Part shown: positions 24,341-38,539 of the stretch, one piece after another | Numbering within the stretch: position 1 is the first letter of the stretch | Layout: each line of letters begins with the position of its first letter | From: the human T2T-CHM13v2.0 reference genome, Homo sapiens | Length of the DNA stretch: 64,000 nucleotides | Reading direction: 5' to 3' (one strand) | Assembly: GCF_009914755.1 (NCBI RefSeq) | Contig: NC_060927.1 | Made by a program: the position numbers and the translations under genes | Notes under the pieces: model-generated | What the model saw: only the letters and a program-made list of their open reading frames with translations | What the model was told of the DNA's origin: nothing | Databases searched by the model: none

Positions 24341-27289
24341 AACCAAATGTACACAGATAAGTTCTTTTCCCTATATCCTACAGAAGAGGTCAGTTCTTTT
24401 TCTTTTCAGTACAGCTATGGTGGAGGTCACCACTCCCTTGTGCCACGTTAATCCCCCAATGCTGAGATCATTGAAGATTGTATCAAAAATGGGAACATTG
24501 CCCAAGATGGTAAATACATCTCATCTAGAATGTTATTAAGACAGGCTTGCCATGGCTGCCTGGAGAACCATACTCACTGTGGCTCTGTGAAAAGAGTGCA
24601 GAAGGTATTGGTTAAGCCAGCCTTGGGACTGGAGAGTAGTGGCACCTGTATTACAGATTTCTGACTCTGAACTATGGATATTAATACTGTCAGGACCAAA
24701 ACTCATCTCTCTCTCTCTTTCTCATGCCTTGAAAAAGCAACACGTTGAGTCCGTAACTCATGGCACCAAACTTGACTTCCCCCAAAACTTACTCTGGCAG
24801 TGAAATATCTGAGAACAGAAAAAAGGAATATGAAAAGATGGGACAGATCTTTCATGAAAAAATGAAGAGCTTTGAGTGTCTTTCAGATTATTTCCCCTTT
24901 CTCCCCTTCTCATTGACAGCAGCTCTGGGTAACCTTTTTCATCCAAATTTTTGTCTACTTCAAGGTTACCCATAGCTTCCCTAACAGCAGACTAGTTACC
25001 TCTTGACTAAAAGACAAAAGGAATAGTCAAAACTTCTCTAAGCCTTCTAATGGATTCCATAGTGGCCAATACTTGTCTTCCTTCTGCTTTCTATTTCCAC
25101 CCAGAAAGGTTCAGGTCTTCCTAAAACAACCACTCTCAGCTTCTACCCCTTAGAGAAGGGAATCCTCTGCAGGGATTCCTCCTGGGCTGTTACCACTGGG
25201 ATGATCTGCTAGGTCCCACATCTGCTCAAAGCCTCCATATCTCTGGTGTTTCACTGCAAGTCCATGAGTCTCCCTTCTCCTGGCCTGCCTTCCTGCCTTC
25301 CTGCACCCGCTGTGTTTAATCTGTCCTTCCATCTATCCCTGAACTCCATCAGACCTCGTCTCTGGGGGAGTGGAGGAGTAAGGCTGAAATAACAGGGGCT
25401 GTGGAGGAGCTGTCTCGGATGGGGGCAGCAGCAAAAGGCTGTCCACGTGTAAGCAGTCAAATATCTGCACTTGGAGGGAGAGCTACAGGGAGACAGGGTT
25501 ACATCAGCCAGTAACATCGAGGGCCAGAGCTTAGACTAATAGGAAGAAATAAAGAATGGAAATGTTTCGGCCGGACATCAAGAAAAACATCCCGATGAAA
25601 AAGGAAGGCTCCCACGTGGGGGATGTTCTCATAAAGATGAGTGAGTGGCCAGGTCACTGCAGCGCTCTCCCCAGCCTGGCTCCAGTGCGGTCACAAACGA
25701 GGCCTAGTGGCCTCAGGCGGGTTAGCGGTTGGCCTCCCTCCAGTTTCCCTTCCCTTGGAGAAGACCACAGAGATGGTTCATGCAGATGACATGGTGTGTG
25801 GTCACCTTCACCCTGTAAGTCTCTCTTAGTTGTAAGAATGAAGGAGGCACTTAAGCTAAATCAAGAGAACGGGAGCTTGGCTGGGGACGGATTCACCCAG
25901 TCCATAGGATCTGGAGGAGGGTCAGGAGCTGGGGCAGCATGGATCTCCTCGTTCCTGCTGCGCTGTCTCTGTGTGCCATTTGCTTCTCTCTACGTCCCTC
26001 TTCTCTGGTTCCTCGGAACTACAGCTTGCATGTCATGGCTGCCCTGGCCACTCTCCCACTCTCTCTCGAAGCCTTACCTCTCACCACTAATCAACTCCAC
26101 CTCCCCACGATCCTCAATTCAGATTCTCAAGAACAAGAACCTGCCTGGCCTATTTCATCCGTTCAGGGAGGCCGATTCACAGGAGTCCATCCAGATGATG
26201 AGGTGGCTGCTGTTGGTCCCAGTGCTCAGCCCTCATCCAATCAACCATGGCTGGGGCAGGGCAGCATGGGACTAAGCAAGGCTGCCCAGGCAGGAGAGGC
26301 TACCGATGGGGATGAGAGTGATGTGGGCCTTTAGATACCTCTGGGCCTGTCTGGGACGCTCCCTATTCCCCTCTTCAAGCACCTAAGTCTAGGCCTCCAA
26401 GCTTCAGGTCTCAGCCTCCCAATTAGAGTTATACTCCTCCTTGAGCTCCAGGGCCCTGCTGCTTGGGTTGGGCAAGTGTTCGACAGACAGAAAAGGGCTG
26501 TCCTCCCACTCACACATGTGGCCCAGTGATGGGCTACTGGGTTTATTAGGCCTCAACGACAGCATTTTATTAGTGACTGATGTGCCATTTGGCCTCCATT
26601 CCTTACCTCCCACCCCCAGCTCTATCACATCCACCCTTTGTCTCTGGCTGGAAAGAGGCCAAATCCTTCTCCACCTAAGAAGTTCTCCACCTCCCCCACC
26701 CCATATCAGTGGGGGAGGATGACGGGGCAGTCCTTCTAGGAATTGTCCCCTGGGGCATTATTTGGTTTCCTCTCACTTACCAGAGTCACTTAGGATAAAT
26801 CTGAATTCTGAGTTGTTTGCCAAATGCTGGATCCTCGCTGGATACTCCTTGGATTCCTTGAAGAATTCAGCATAATATAAAACAGCTTAAAGTCAAGAAG
26901 CCCCTTCTGAGACCCTTACCAAGGGAGGCAGGAGGAGGGACAAAATACAACAATCACTATCATTCCACACAACCATATACAAATCATCATAGCAATGGAT
27001 GCTGCCTGTTACGTGCCTGACTCCGTGCTAGGGCTGTTACCTCATCATATCCTCAAACAACAAAGGAAGAATTACATCTCACAAAGTGTAAATTCTTTGC
27101 CAAAGGGTCCTGTGACCAATGTCAGACAAGAGATTTGACATCCATATCTTTGCTAAAGGTGTCTACTTCTGTGGTTATCATTGTGACGTTTCCTTCATGT
27201 AATGCAAAATAGCCCCTACTTTCCACATCTACTGAACTGCACCTTCATCTGTATTGTCAGTCATCATTTTCCTGGCTGTATAAGTGCTT

Positions 27290-27530
27290 TCTCCAAAAGA
27301 CTTCTCTCCCATCTCATCAATCACCAAACCCTGATGCTTTTATTCTTTAGAATATCTCTGGAAACCAGTGCCCATTCTCCATCCTCACTCCACCACGGCC
27401 ACATCTCTCTTCTAGATTCTTGCCATAGTTTGCTAATAGAACTCCCTGCGTCAACATCCTCCAGCCCATCCATACTCCAAACTCCAAATGGCAACCAGAG
27501 AGCTCCTTCTAAGACGCAAATCCAATTACA
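27290..27530 (+). mobile_element. L2 remnant
   Basis: CATCAATCACCAAACCCTGATGC...TTCTCCATCCTCACT...CTCTTCTAGATTCTTGCCATAG. Confidence 0.55.
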
Positions 27531-28419
27531 TGACTCCACTGGGGAGGGATCAGAAGGATGGAGTGGTAAGAAGCAGTGAGCCACCAGGACACGCAGTGAA
27601 CACTGATGTCCTACTGCATTTCTGCAGAGCGGCGGAAGGTGTGGGCTGCTGTGCGTCGGATCACGTGGGAATGCATGGGATCAGGTAGAATGGATGGGTC
27701 ACAGGAGTGCCAGGCATTGTAAATGGGGAAGAGTTGAACATCTCAGTAACTGAGGAACAATTTATCCTTTCAGTGGGACTCTTAGGGGTAATCTGCTTCC
27801 ATTGGAGACACTCCAAGAAGCACTCACAGAAAACCTCTGCCCTCCAGTCAGGAGTTTCTGTGTGTGTCATATGGAGCAGACAGAGTACACCAACACTGCA
27901 AAGAACAGGACAGGAGGAGACTTAAAAGAGGCAAAGAGAGGATGGCCAGCTGTGCTCATAGTTGCTGTGCCAGGGGGTACCCACTGGGCCGGGTCCTCCT
28001 GCCAGGGTTGTGAGTTCTTGGGTGTGGTTCAGAGCATGGCTGGGCTGGACAGCCGGCAGCCTCTGCTGCTAAAGGAACCCAAGGGGCGGGGGAACTAGAG
28101 AATCCCATTTGGAGGTCTTGGGTCCCGTTACCCTGTTTTTGGTGCCTTCCTTAGGGTCCCTGAGCGCATACAGGGTTACTCAGTAATGCTGTGAGAAGAG
28201 AATACATGGACGGAAAGGAGAGCAGAAAGTGAGGACCCAGTGGTCAGGAGCCAGAGAGCATCATCCTGACCTATGCAGTATGGGATAAGCTAGGAAAAGC
28301 TTCAGACTGGGGAGGAGGGTCCAGACATCTGGCTCTGTGGTTAATACAATGAAAAGAAGAATAACGGCGACAGCAGCTACCCAGGAGGCAGAGGCTCTGC
28401 TCGGCACTTCCTGGGCCTC

Positions 28420-28825
28420 TTCATTCTGTCCGGCCTCCCTGCTGGTCCTTCACAGACTAGGCTGGCTCCTACCTCCAGGCCTTTGCCTTCCCTATGCCCT
28501 CCTCCGGGAGCACTGTCCCCTCAGCCCTGGCAAGACTTTGTTTAAATCATTTCCCAGTGAGACCCTCCTTGAGCACCCTATTAACCCTGTTCCATGCTGC
28601 ACCCCCACCCCTTCTCTGGGATTCATTTTTCTTCAAGTGACTGACATCATTTTCTGACATGCAGCCTCATTTCCTTGTTTATCATATTCACTGTCCATCT
28701 CCACATTAGAATCCAGGTTCTGTAAGGGCAGGGATTTTGGTCTGTTTTGTTCACTGCTACATCTCCAAGGCCAAGCACAGTGCCAGGCACTAGAAGCTGT
28801 TCAATAATGTGTGTTGAATGAATCC
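28420..28825 (+). mobile_element. L2 3' end
   Basis: GGGCAGGGATTTTGGTCTGTTTTGTTCACTGCT...GCACAGTGCCAGGCAC...GTTGAATGAAT. Confidence 0.8.
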
Positions 28826-31800
28826 TATTTCACCATCACAGTGACACCAATCAAAACGAGGTGTTGAGGCTCCTCCCATTTCATGAATGAGAAAACTGAG
28901 GTTCGGTGAGGGTAGGGAACTGTCTATGCACAGCCAGCCAGTAAGGAGTGAGGAAGGAAGATGTGTGCAAGCGCAGGCCTCTCCGGTACCAGAGAGCTGT
29001 CTCCTCCCCACCCCTAACCCAGCCACTTACAACTTATGTGGGAAACGAGGAGTTTGGGCTCAATGATTTATTGCCGAGGCTCTCTCTCCTGAGGTCTGAA
29101 GCTCAGTTCAAGTCCATAACCATTTCCTCATAGGAGGCGGAGTCGCAGGTGGTTTGGGGCACTTTCTCTGGAACAGAGTTTAAGTCCCATTTTTCCCACT
29201 CAGCCCTGGGACTTTGAGACAACTTCTCAACATCTCTGAGCCTCCCTTTCTTTCGTTTGCTGGCTGCAAAACGAGAATGGTAATAGCGTATCTCTGTAGG
29301 GGCGTTAGCAAAGACAGCAGGGGATGCGTGTAAAGGGCTTCTTACAGTGCCTGGCACACGGCACCTGTGAGCTGCTGTCTTGGCACTCTGCTGATGCCCA
29401 GGGCTGTCCTCGACTTGCCCCAGCCGGGCCCACCACCACTGAATCTCCCGGGGTGAGGAAGCACCCCTGGCTCCTTTCATCCTCTACATCGGCCAGGTCT
29501 GGATAGTTCAGCCTCTGGGAGGCAGGGTAGGGCCCAGCGGGCCATGTTTGCAGCCCAGCAAATGTTCCTGGAGCCTTGTTTTTTGTTCTGTTGCTGGGCC
29601 ATTTGTTTTTATAGCTTATCGTTTCTGCAGGGGGGCTTTGAAAGGCTGCCATTGCTCCAGTGGACGTTTCCGGTGCGCCTCCATCAAGCCACATTTAATG
29701 AAAACCAGTTTAAGGTCTTCTTTCTCATAAAATGTCTCATTGTTGCTCCGGCAGCTCCTCTTTAGAATAATGAAGATGAACGCTTCCTCCGTGGGGTAGC
29801 ACACAAAACCCCCAGCCGTAGGAGAGCTTTGCTCAGTCCCCAGGAAGTCTCAGAGACCAGGGGAGAAATAAAAAGCTAGTGCAGTTTCTATTAGGGAGGA
29901 GGAGAGGTGGGGGCTTAGGAACCCTCAGTGCTGCAAATATAGGGAATGAAGCTTGGGTTCCTCATCCTCTCTGAAGGAATTGTCAAATGAAAGAATTTTG
30001 CTACTAAAAGCGTTTTATAAGACCCTCAACAAACACTTGTGGTCCAAAGAAGGGAAGCAGCAGACGTAAGGTCACACAGCAGAGCTGGACTAGTTGGGGT
30101 AGAGCTGGGGAGACAAGCAGTTTTCCTGGGTCCCCATCCAGACCTCCTTCTGCTCCAGAGGACCCCCATGAGACAGGGCCAGGGGGCCTTCTTCAGGCTG
30201 TCAGGTCTAGCCCGGAGTTGAAGATGCCTGATGAGGATCTGGCTGGTCCACAATAGGGGCTGGGGAAGCAGCTGGTGGCCAGTTTCACAGACAGCAGGAG
30301 GTCTCCTCCAAATAAAAATCACAAGGATTTTAGATGCACTTGTTGAATGCCAGGCTGAAGTGACCTGTGGCCCCTACATTCCAGGGGTTACCAGCTGATG
30401 TGAATGCCTGTGGGTGAGATCTAGTCCTCCCAAAACATGCCACATGGGCAATGCCCTCCATAGCAGTTGTTTGAAAAGGACCTAGTGCTCGTCTCCCAAC
30501 GATACATTAATTTTTCTCCTTTCAGATTAAATTTAAATAAATCATTTTGGAATTACTCTACTAATTGACTATTTGGTCAGTTGCTACAGGAGATGTAAAT
30601 AGTGTGGCTTGATCTGGGTTTTTTGCAAATGAGACATGGCCTTTTCCCCTCTAAATGTGTCTACACAGTTACTCTTAATTTGCCCATTCATTGCCCCATG
30701 TGCCACACTTGCTCTCACTTAAGTCCCTATCTTCTGGGCTAGAAAACAAGGGCAGGGAAAAACCCCAGCCACACAGACATACGTGTGTCAGCAAGGAGCT
30801 AAGCATGGCCAAGGGCGGGGCTGGAGAGAAGGCATCCAAATTCTCTGTCTACCCCAGTTCTGACAATCAAAAGCTGGGTGTCCTTCGATGGGCCACTTGG
30901 CTTCTCTGGAACTCAGTTTTTCTACTTTAATAACGTGGGTGGCTTAGATGAGGGGTCCCAAATGTGCACTGTTCACATGGGTACCAGGCAGGCTTCTTAG
31001 GAGTAGAAGGCATGGTGGCAGGCAAACTGGGAGAGTTCCTGGGTCAACTAAAGAGACAGCCACCACCTCTCCCTCCAGCCAATGTTGTTTTTCAGAAATG
31101 GAGATCTCCAGCAGCCAGATCCTTCATTTCTCAAAAGAGAAACCCCAAACCTAGAGTTTTATGTGAACTACCAAATTCCTACATCTTGGCAACAAAATCA
31201 GATGTGTAAGACACCGTGCTATGCAGGTCAAACAAAATGCATCTGTTGATCTCTAAAGTAACTCCGGTTTTAAAACCCCATAATCCATACTTATTTATTA
31301 CAGAAAAAGAGTGTGTATTAAACAGAGAACTGAATTTGGCTGCATAAGACAGGAGTTAGAGTCCTGGATTCACCACTGACTCAAAGAACCTATCACCTCG
31401 AGCATCTGATCTTTCTATGAAATGGTGTTTGCAATACCTGTCCTATGGTTCCACCAGTAGCCTGTGAGGACGAAATGAGGTCCCTCCTGCAAAAAAAAAG
31501 GCCTCTATGAAGGGTAGAATACCATGTCCTGGTTATTCTTATTATCCAGAAATTCTTCTCTTCACCACTGGGGACCCTGAGGCCTAAACCTGGAACTTAA
31601 GCAGCTGTCTCCCAGGCAGCTCTCCGAACACAAAATGCCTGAGACAATATGGAAACCAGATGCGGAGCAAATGCCGCCTTACCTTTTTTTTTTTTTTTTT
31701 TTTTCCTGTGCTTTTGTACGTTTTCAAAGCCTTTCCACATTCATGGGCTCTGATATCAATAAACTCACAGCTGCTCTGCAAGGCTGTTATATCAGGTATT

Positions 31801-32269
31801 ATTCTATTCCAGATGAGGAAACGGAGGCTCAGAGCTAAGAATGATTGGGTCAAGGTGCCAGAGAAAGTACATGGCACAAGATGGAAGCCCTGTGGCCTAG
31901 ACTGCTGTCTGCTGGCAGTCCTCTCTGGGTGGTTGCCTGCTTTCAAAAGATGAACTTTCTAAATATAGGCTTAATGCACAGGGCCCTGTCCTCAGCGAGC
32001 TTTGCAGCAGCTGAAGCATCCTAGTACATGGTTTTGGTAGTGAGGATGGTAAAAACAGCAACAGCAGCTGCTTCTGGTCACCACCACCTCCTTTCTCTCT
32101 CTCTCTCTGCCCCCAACCCCCCTCCCCGACACACACAAGAGAGAGAGAGAGATACAGAGAGAGACAGAGAGAGAGAGAGAGGGGAAATACTATGTTAATA
32201 GGACACTTTTCTGTGGCTTCTTACTGCACATTGTCTGGACCATACTCTTTGACAGGACTTCCCACCTGG

Positions 32270-32690
32270 TCTAGCCTGGTCCTGTGCACCTTTGCCCTTT
32301 GCAACCTTCCCTGGGCTCATGCTCCCTCCCTCTCTGCTGAACCTTCTTGCAGTAATACTTGCCTCATTCCCTCCCTCTTTAAGGCCTTTGCACCACCTGT
32401 TTCCCCTCAGCTCAAGTGTCACTGCCTCCAGGAAGCCCTCCCTGAAGCCTCCATTCTTGGTCATATTCATCTCTCATAAAATCATGGTCCTTTCCTTCAA
32501 AGCCCTTATTCCCATTTGTGCTTGTATGTTTGGGTGTGTGATTATCTCACTTAGTTCCATCTCTTTCACTGAAATGTAAGCTGCTTGAGGGCAGGGCAAT
32601 CAGCCCTTTGTATTCAATGTCACAACTCCAGCACCAGGGATGATGTGCAGTAACTATTTGTTGAACCAATGCATAAATAAATATGTGAAT
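32270..32690 (+). mobile_element. L2 3' end
   Basis: CCTCCAGGAAGCCCTCCCTGA ... TGTAAGCTGCTTGAGGGCAGGG ... TATTTGTTGAA. Confidence 0.7.
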
Positions 32691-32939
32691 TAGGTAACAT
32701 CTACCTCATGTAATTCTCTCCACACCCAATGAGATATTATGAATTGTTATTCATAATTTGGATTCATAACAATGGATGTTATGAATTGTTCCTTGTTGCA
32801 GGGGATGGGGAGAAGACTGAGAGTCTGAGATGGTCAGTGGCTTGTCCAAGGTCACACAGCTAGTAAGAGATGGGGGAAGATTTGACTACAGGTCTGCCCG
32901 ATTTCCAAATTTTCAAACAGATATAATTTAAGAAATAGG

Positions 32940-33784
<845 letters not shown>

Positions 33785-35176
33785 TTAGAGGTAAATCCAA
33801 AATCTGATGGGGTAGGCTGGCAGGCTGAAGACCCAGGGAAACATTTAAATTCAAAGGCAGTCCACTGGCAGGGTTCCTCCCTAGTCTCTGTTCAATGAAG
33901 GCCTCAACTGATTGGATGAAGCCCAGCACATTCTGGAGGGTAATCAGCTTTACTCAAAGTCCTCCGATTTAAATGCTAAACTCGTCCAAAAAAATATCCT
34001 CACAGAAACATCCAGAATAACGTTTGACCAACTATCTGGGCACTGTAGCCCAGTCAAGTTGACACATAAAATTAAACATCACAACTTCTGTATACCCATC
34101 ACTCAGATTCAGCTATTATCAATGAAATTGCTACATTTGCTCCAGCTGGCCCCCTTCTTTTCTTTTTTTCTGTTGGTGAAGTGTTTTGAAACATACCCCA
34201 GGCCCTATATCCTTCTATCCCAACCTACTTTATAAGTCAAGCTATCCAACTGCAAGGCATGCCCATAGAACCCCGCACCTCTAAGAGCTAGCTCGGTCCT
34301 CAACTGTGAGAAACCTGGCCTCTCAGAGTGCAGAGAGGAGGCTTCCTGATGTGTAGGCCCAATCGGCATGCCCAAAAGGTGAGGTCTGATTTGTGAGACA
34401 ATTTCCACAGTCTTAGAAAGAAGTTTCCTCTATGCCCCAGCCACGTCTGTTTATAACTTGACCTTGGCCAGGGGTGGGGTTGGGGGCAGGGAAAAAGACT
34501 TGCACGTTCCACTCCAGCAAAGCGCTCTCTGTTTTTCCATGGCCATACATTGTTTTCATTTTCATGTTGCACCCGCCTGCTCCCCATCCATTTATTGCTT
34601 TCTCCTCCTTCTCTTTTCCCTTCTTCCTCCCCCTCATTCTTCCTCCCTGGCTTTGAGGCGTCTGGACTTTTGCACACCAGAGAAAGAAACCTATTTAATC
34701 TACCATATTTACAAGCTGCGTAAACAAGGTACAGTGAGTGAATCATGGAAAAAATGCACTTTATGTGAAAAAGTTCATTATATGACTTTGTTCTATTAAA
34801 ACAGCCGGGTGTAACTAACCCCAACCAGAGAATTTGGAAAAAAGGAAAAAAAAAAAAGGAGAAAAGAAAGGAACCCCTGAAAATGCCCTGTTAGCATTTA
34901 TATCTTACAATTTCACATTAGCATTCATATAATTTCTGCTGGTTTAAGAACATTTAAATGGAGTTCTCCTCTAGGGAGAAGATATAGGGACTCATTTTCT
35001 GTTGCTTTCTAATAATCTCTTCCTTAAAAATATATACATATATTTTTTAAAATTGTCCCAGTGGATTTAAGGAAATAGGGTTAAAAACCAACCGACTGAA
35101 TTAGTTCTTTTCTTGAGTTGTTGAGTAATTGGTCATCATTCTTCTACCTTACTCTCATTTTGTTTGGGTCTTCTAA

Positions 35177-35515
<339 letters not shown>

Positions 35516-35694
35516 CAGATTTTTCTATTTTTCTTATGATGATAACAATAGCAAGTTATTAAAATGCACTGGCACTATGCTGAACACCCCACATTAAGAA
35601 TTTTATTTAATCTTCACAAGAGCCCCATGAGAATATGGAGGTATTGTGGGGTTAAGGAACTGGCCCCAGTTCATGGTTAAGAAATGGTAGCACT

Positions 35695-36004
<310 letters not shown>

Positions 36005-36059
36005 TTAAGCCTCACAGCCAAGCATCGGCATCATTCAAGTCTAATTTTCTAAGTAAGAA

Positions 36060-36190
36060 AAGCCAATTGGAAACAATGACTATGTTAATAGTCATAGAAC
36101 TAACTTTAGGACGTGGGAATATGAGTGACTTTTAGTTTCTTCTTCAAATTTTATTAAAATTTCCAAATTTTCCATAGTGAATTATGGAAT
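36060..36190 (+). mobile_element. Ancient L1ME-type 3' UTR scrap
   Basis: GGGAATATGAGTGACTTTTAGTTTCTTCTT...TTTCCAAATTTTCCATAGTGAA resembles old L1M 3' ends. Confidence 0.45.
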
Positions 36191-38539
36191 AGTGCCTTTA
36201 GAACTGTTTCATGGAGGAAATAATGTAATCCTGCCTAGGCTTAACTAGGGAAAACAATGTCTTTTATGAAGTATCTAAATACATCTGAGAGGAAATAATA
36301 CACATCTTTGCATAATTCTTTGCATATACTGAGGTAGAATGCGGTGTTCTAGGGTGTAGACGACCTGGACTATCTTACCATCCATGAAGGCAAGCGCTTT
36401 CCCTTTCCTGGGCCCCAGTTGTTCCATCTGTAAAGTGAGACTCATAGACTGAAATGGCTTTAAAAGGCTTTTTCATAAACTTCTTTGTTTATGAAAAAAC
36501 CTCTTTGAGACCAAAGATGGCCTCTTTGTCACCAAATATTCAAAGATACTGCTTTATGGGAGCTGATGACATCCTTAACAAGTAGAAAGGCCTTTCAGGC
36601 ATTTTCCGTCCTTCCATTTTGTCTGTTGCTTTCAAGACAGAGGTGCAGACGGGACCTGAAGGAGTGAGTAGCCAGGCTGAAGCCGGACTCCTAGGAACTC
36701 TGACAAGAGACACAGGCCTGTTTTTAGGAGACACCAAATGGATGATACCCTCTCCTGGGGTGTGGATGGTCTCAGGCTGCTGTGAATGGCCTTTTCCTCT
36801 TCTTCAGAAACAGCTTCAAAACCTTCCTTAATGACAAAACAAAGACATTTGCAAACTGCATGGTTCAGAGTCCTCTCTGCTGCTTCCCAGGGGGCTGGGT
36901 TCCCATGCATGTGTCCCTTCCCCCCTCCCCCCTTCCCCGTGCTGCAAGCTGCCCTTGTTTTAAACCAAGAGTTAGGGCTCAGCCTAGGGGCACTGTCAGC
37001 CTCATCTCAGAGCACCTGGGTTCTCAAGGCTGGCAAATATCTCTCTTCCCAGGCCCCAAGAGAGGATGCAGCTGCTCTGCCCGCTAAGCTTTCAGCTTAC
37101 CCCAGCCTCTGGAAAGGAAGGAGGGGGCCTTGGGCTGCCTGTGAGGTGGGGCCCAAAGCCAGCCCAGAGCCCTGGCTCTCAGACAGAAACTTCACCAGCG
37201 ATTCTGAGGATCCCATTTCCCACCACCACGCCCAGCCACCTTGGGGAAGTCAGCACCGAGAGCAGTGGAAACAAAATCAAAATGCAGGCACAAATAAGAT
37301 GAATAATCCTAATAATTTGAGACATGCCGCCCTTGCTAAAAGGACTATAAAGGGCATTTGTTTCTAATTAAACACCAAAACCCTAAACCTTTCAACTCTG
37401 CATCCACAACTACTGTAAATGTTTATGAAAAACGGGAAATTCTCGTTTAATTCAAACCATGCCAGAAATGCATTTTCGTTGTCTTGACCGGTGGAGAAAC
37501 CCTATCGGCCCCAGCTTGAGCACATCTGAGCTTTAAATTGAGAAAGGCAACAGGCCTGCAAGTGAAGCTGAGTCCTGAGCAAGACCTGGGTGAGGAAACA
37601 GCATCTCCTCATCATGGCCAACTCTCAAATGACACCAGAGCAAATGCTTGGAGCGTCTTCCAGAAAGAGAAATGGGTACCAGGGCCGCTTGCAATGTTAG
37701 GGGGAGGGTCACAGACGTCTCAGAAATAAATTAGGCTGCCCAGCAAAATGGTTAAAAGCAGAAGTTGTAGAGTCACACAACTTGGTTGGATCAACCTCTT
37801 ACCACTGGGGTGATGTGGGCAAAATAGTTAAACTTTCTGTCTTGGGTTCTTCAAGAATCATTGCCACAGTTAAGTGAGATGAAGCCTTTAGTGTGACGGC
37901 AAGTGAACCTGCAAGGCCCCTGCCTTCATGAAGCTGACGGGCCAGGCAGAGAAGCAGATTAATCAGCAACCCGTGCTCAGCTCTAGAGTGTCTCCAGGTA
38001 GCTTTTCCAGTGCCCTCTCTACCTGTGGAGTTGCTGAAATCCGCGCTGCTCGCTCAGAAAACGGGTCACCGAGGAAAGATTTCAGCAGGAAAGAGCAGCC
38101 CATTCAATAATTCCAAAGTGACTGTACCCAGGGACTTGAGGAACCTTAAATGCCTATCCCCCAAGCCCCACGACTGAGCTCACAGCACCCAGAGACCATC
38201 ACAATGAAAAGTACACTGGGCTGTGGAAACTCCCGGGGCAGGAGGAAGCTCTGCCTCCTTAATCAGAGGATGGAAGCCCTCCCTTGGAAACAAACATTTC
38301 AATTTGGCTGAGAAGGACACAGCAGGGAAAAAGCCTCCAGGACTCACGTGACTGCATTTCCTAACTCTTCATCCAGCTTTAAAAATCAGGGGATTTCCTT
38401 TGCTAGTCTTTGGGGAGGAGGGTTAGGACCTAAAATCTAGGCCTGAGTACCCTTTCTCTCACTGCATGGATATTTCCACTCTAACAATGTCAACAGCAGC
38501 CTTTCAAAAGCAAAGAGCTACAGCCTCTCAGTGCCCCAC

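Noticed and set aside
34255-34373. p53/p63 half-sites GGCATGCCC
   Set aside because: The half-sites are ~100 bp apart; no full response element is formed.
37250-37265. REST/RE1-like TCAGCACC
   Set aside because: The right half reads GAGCAG rather than GGACAG, so it is a half-site only.
36786-37367. 193-aa ORF
   Set aside because: No recognisable domain, splice structure or promoter; consistent with a chance ORF in GC-richer DNA.
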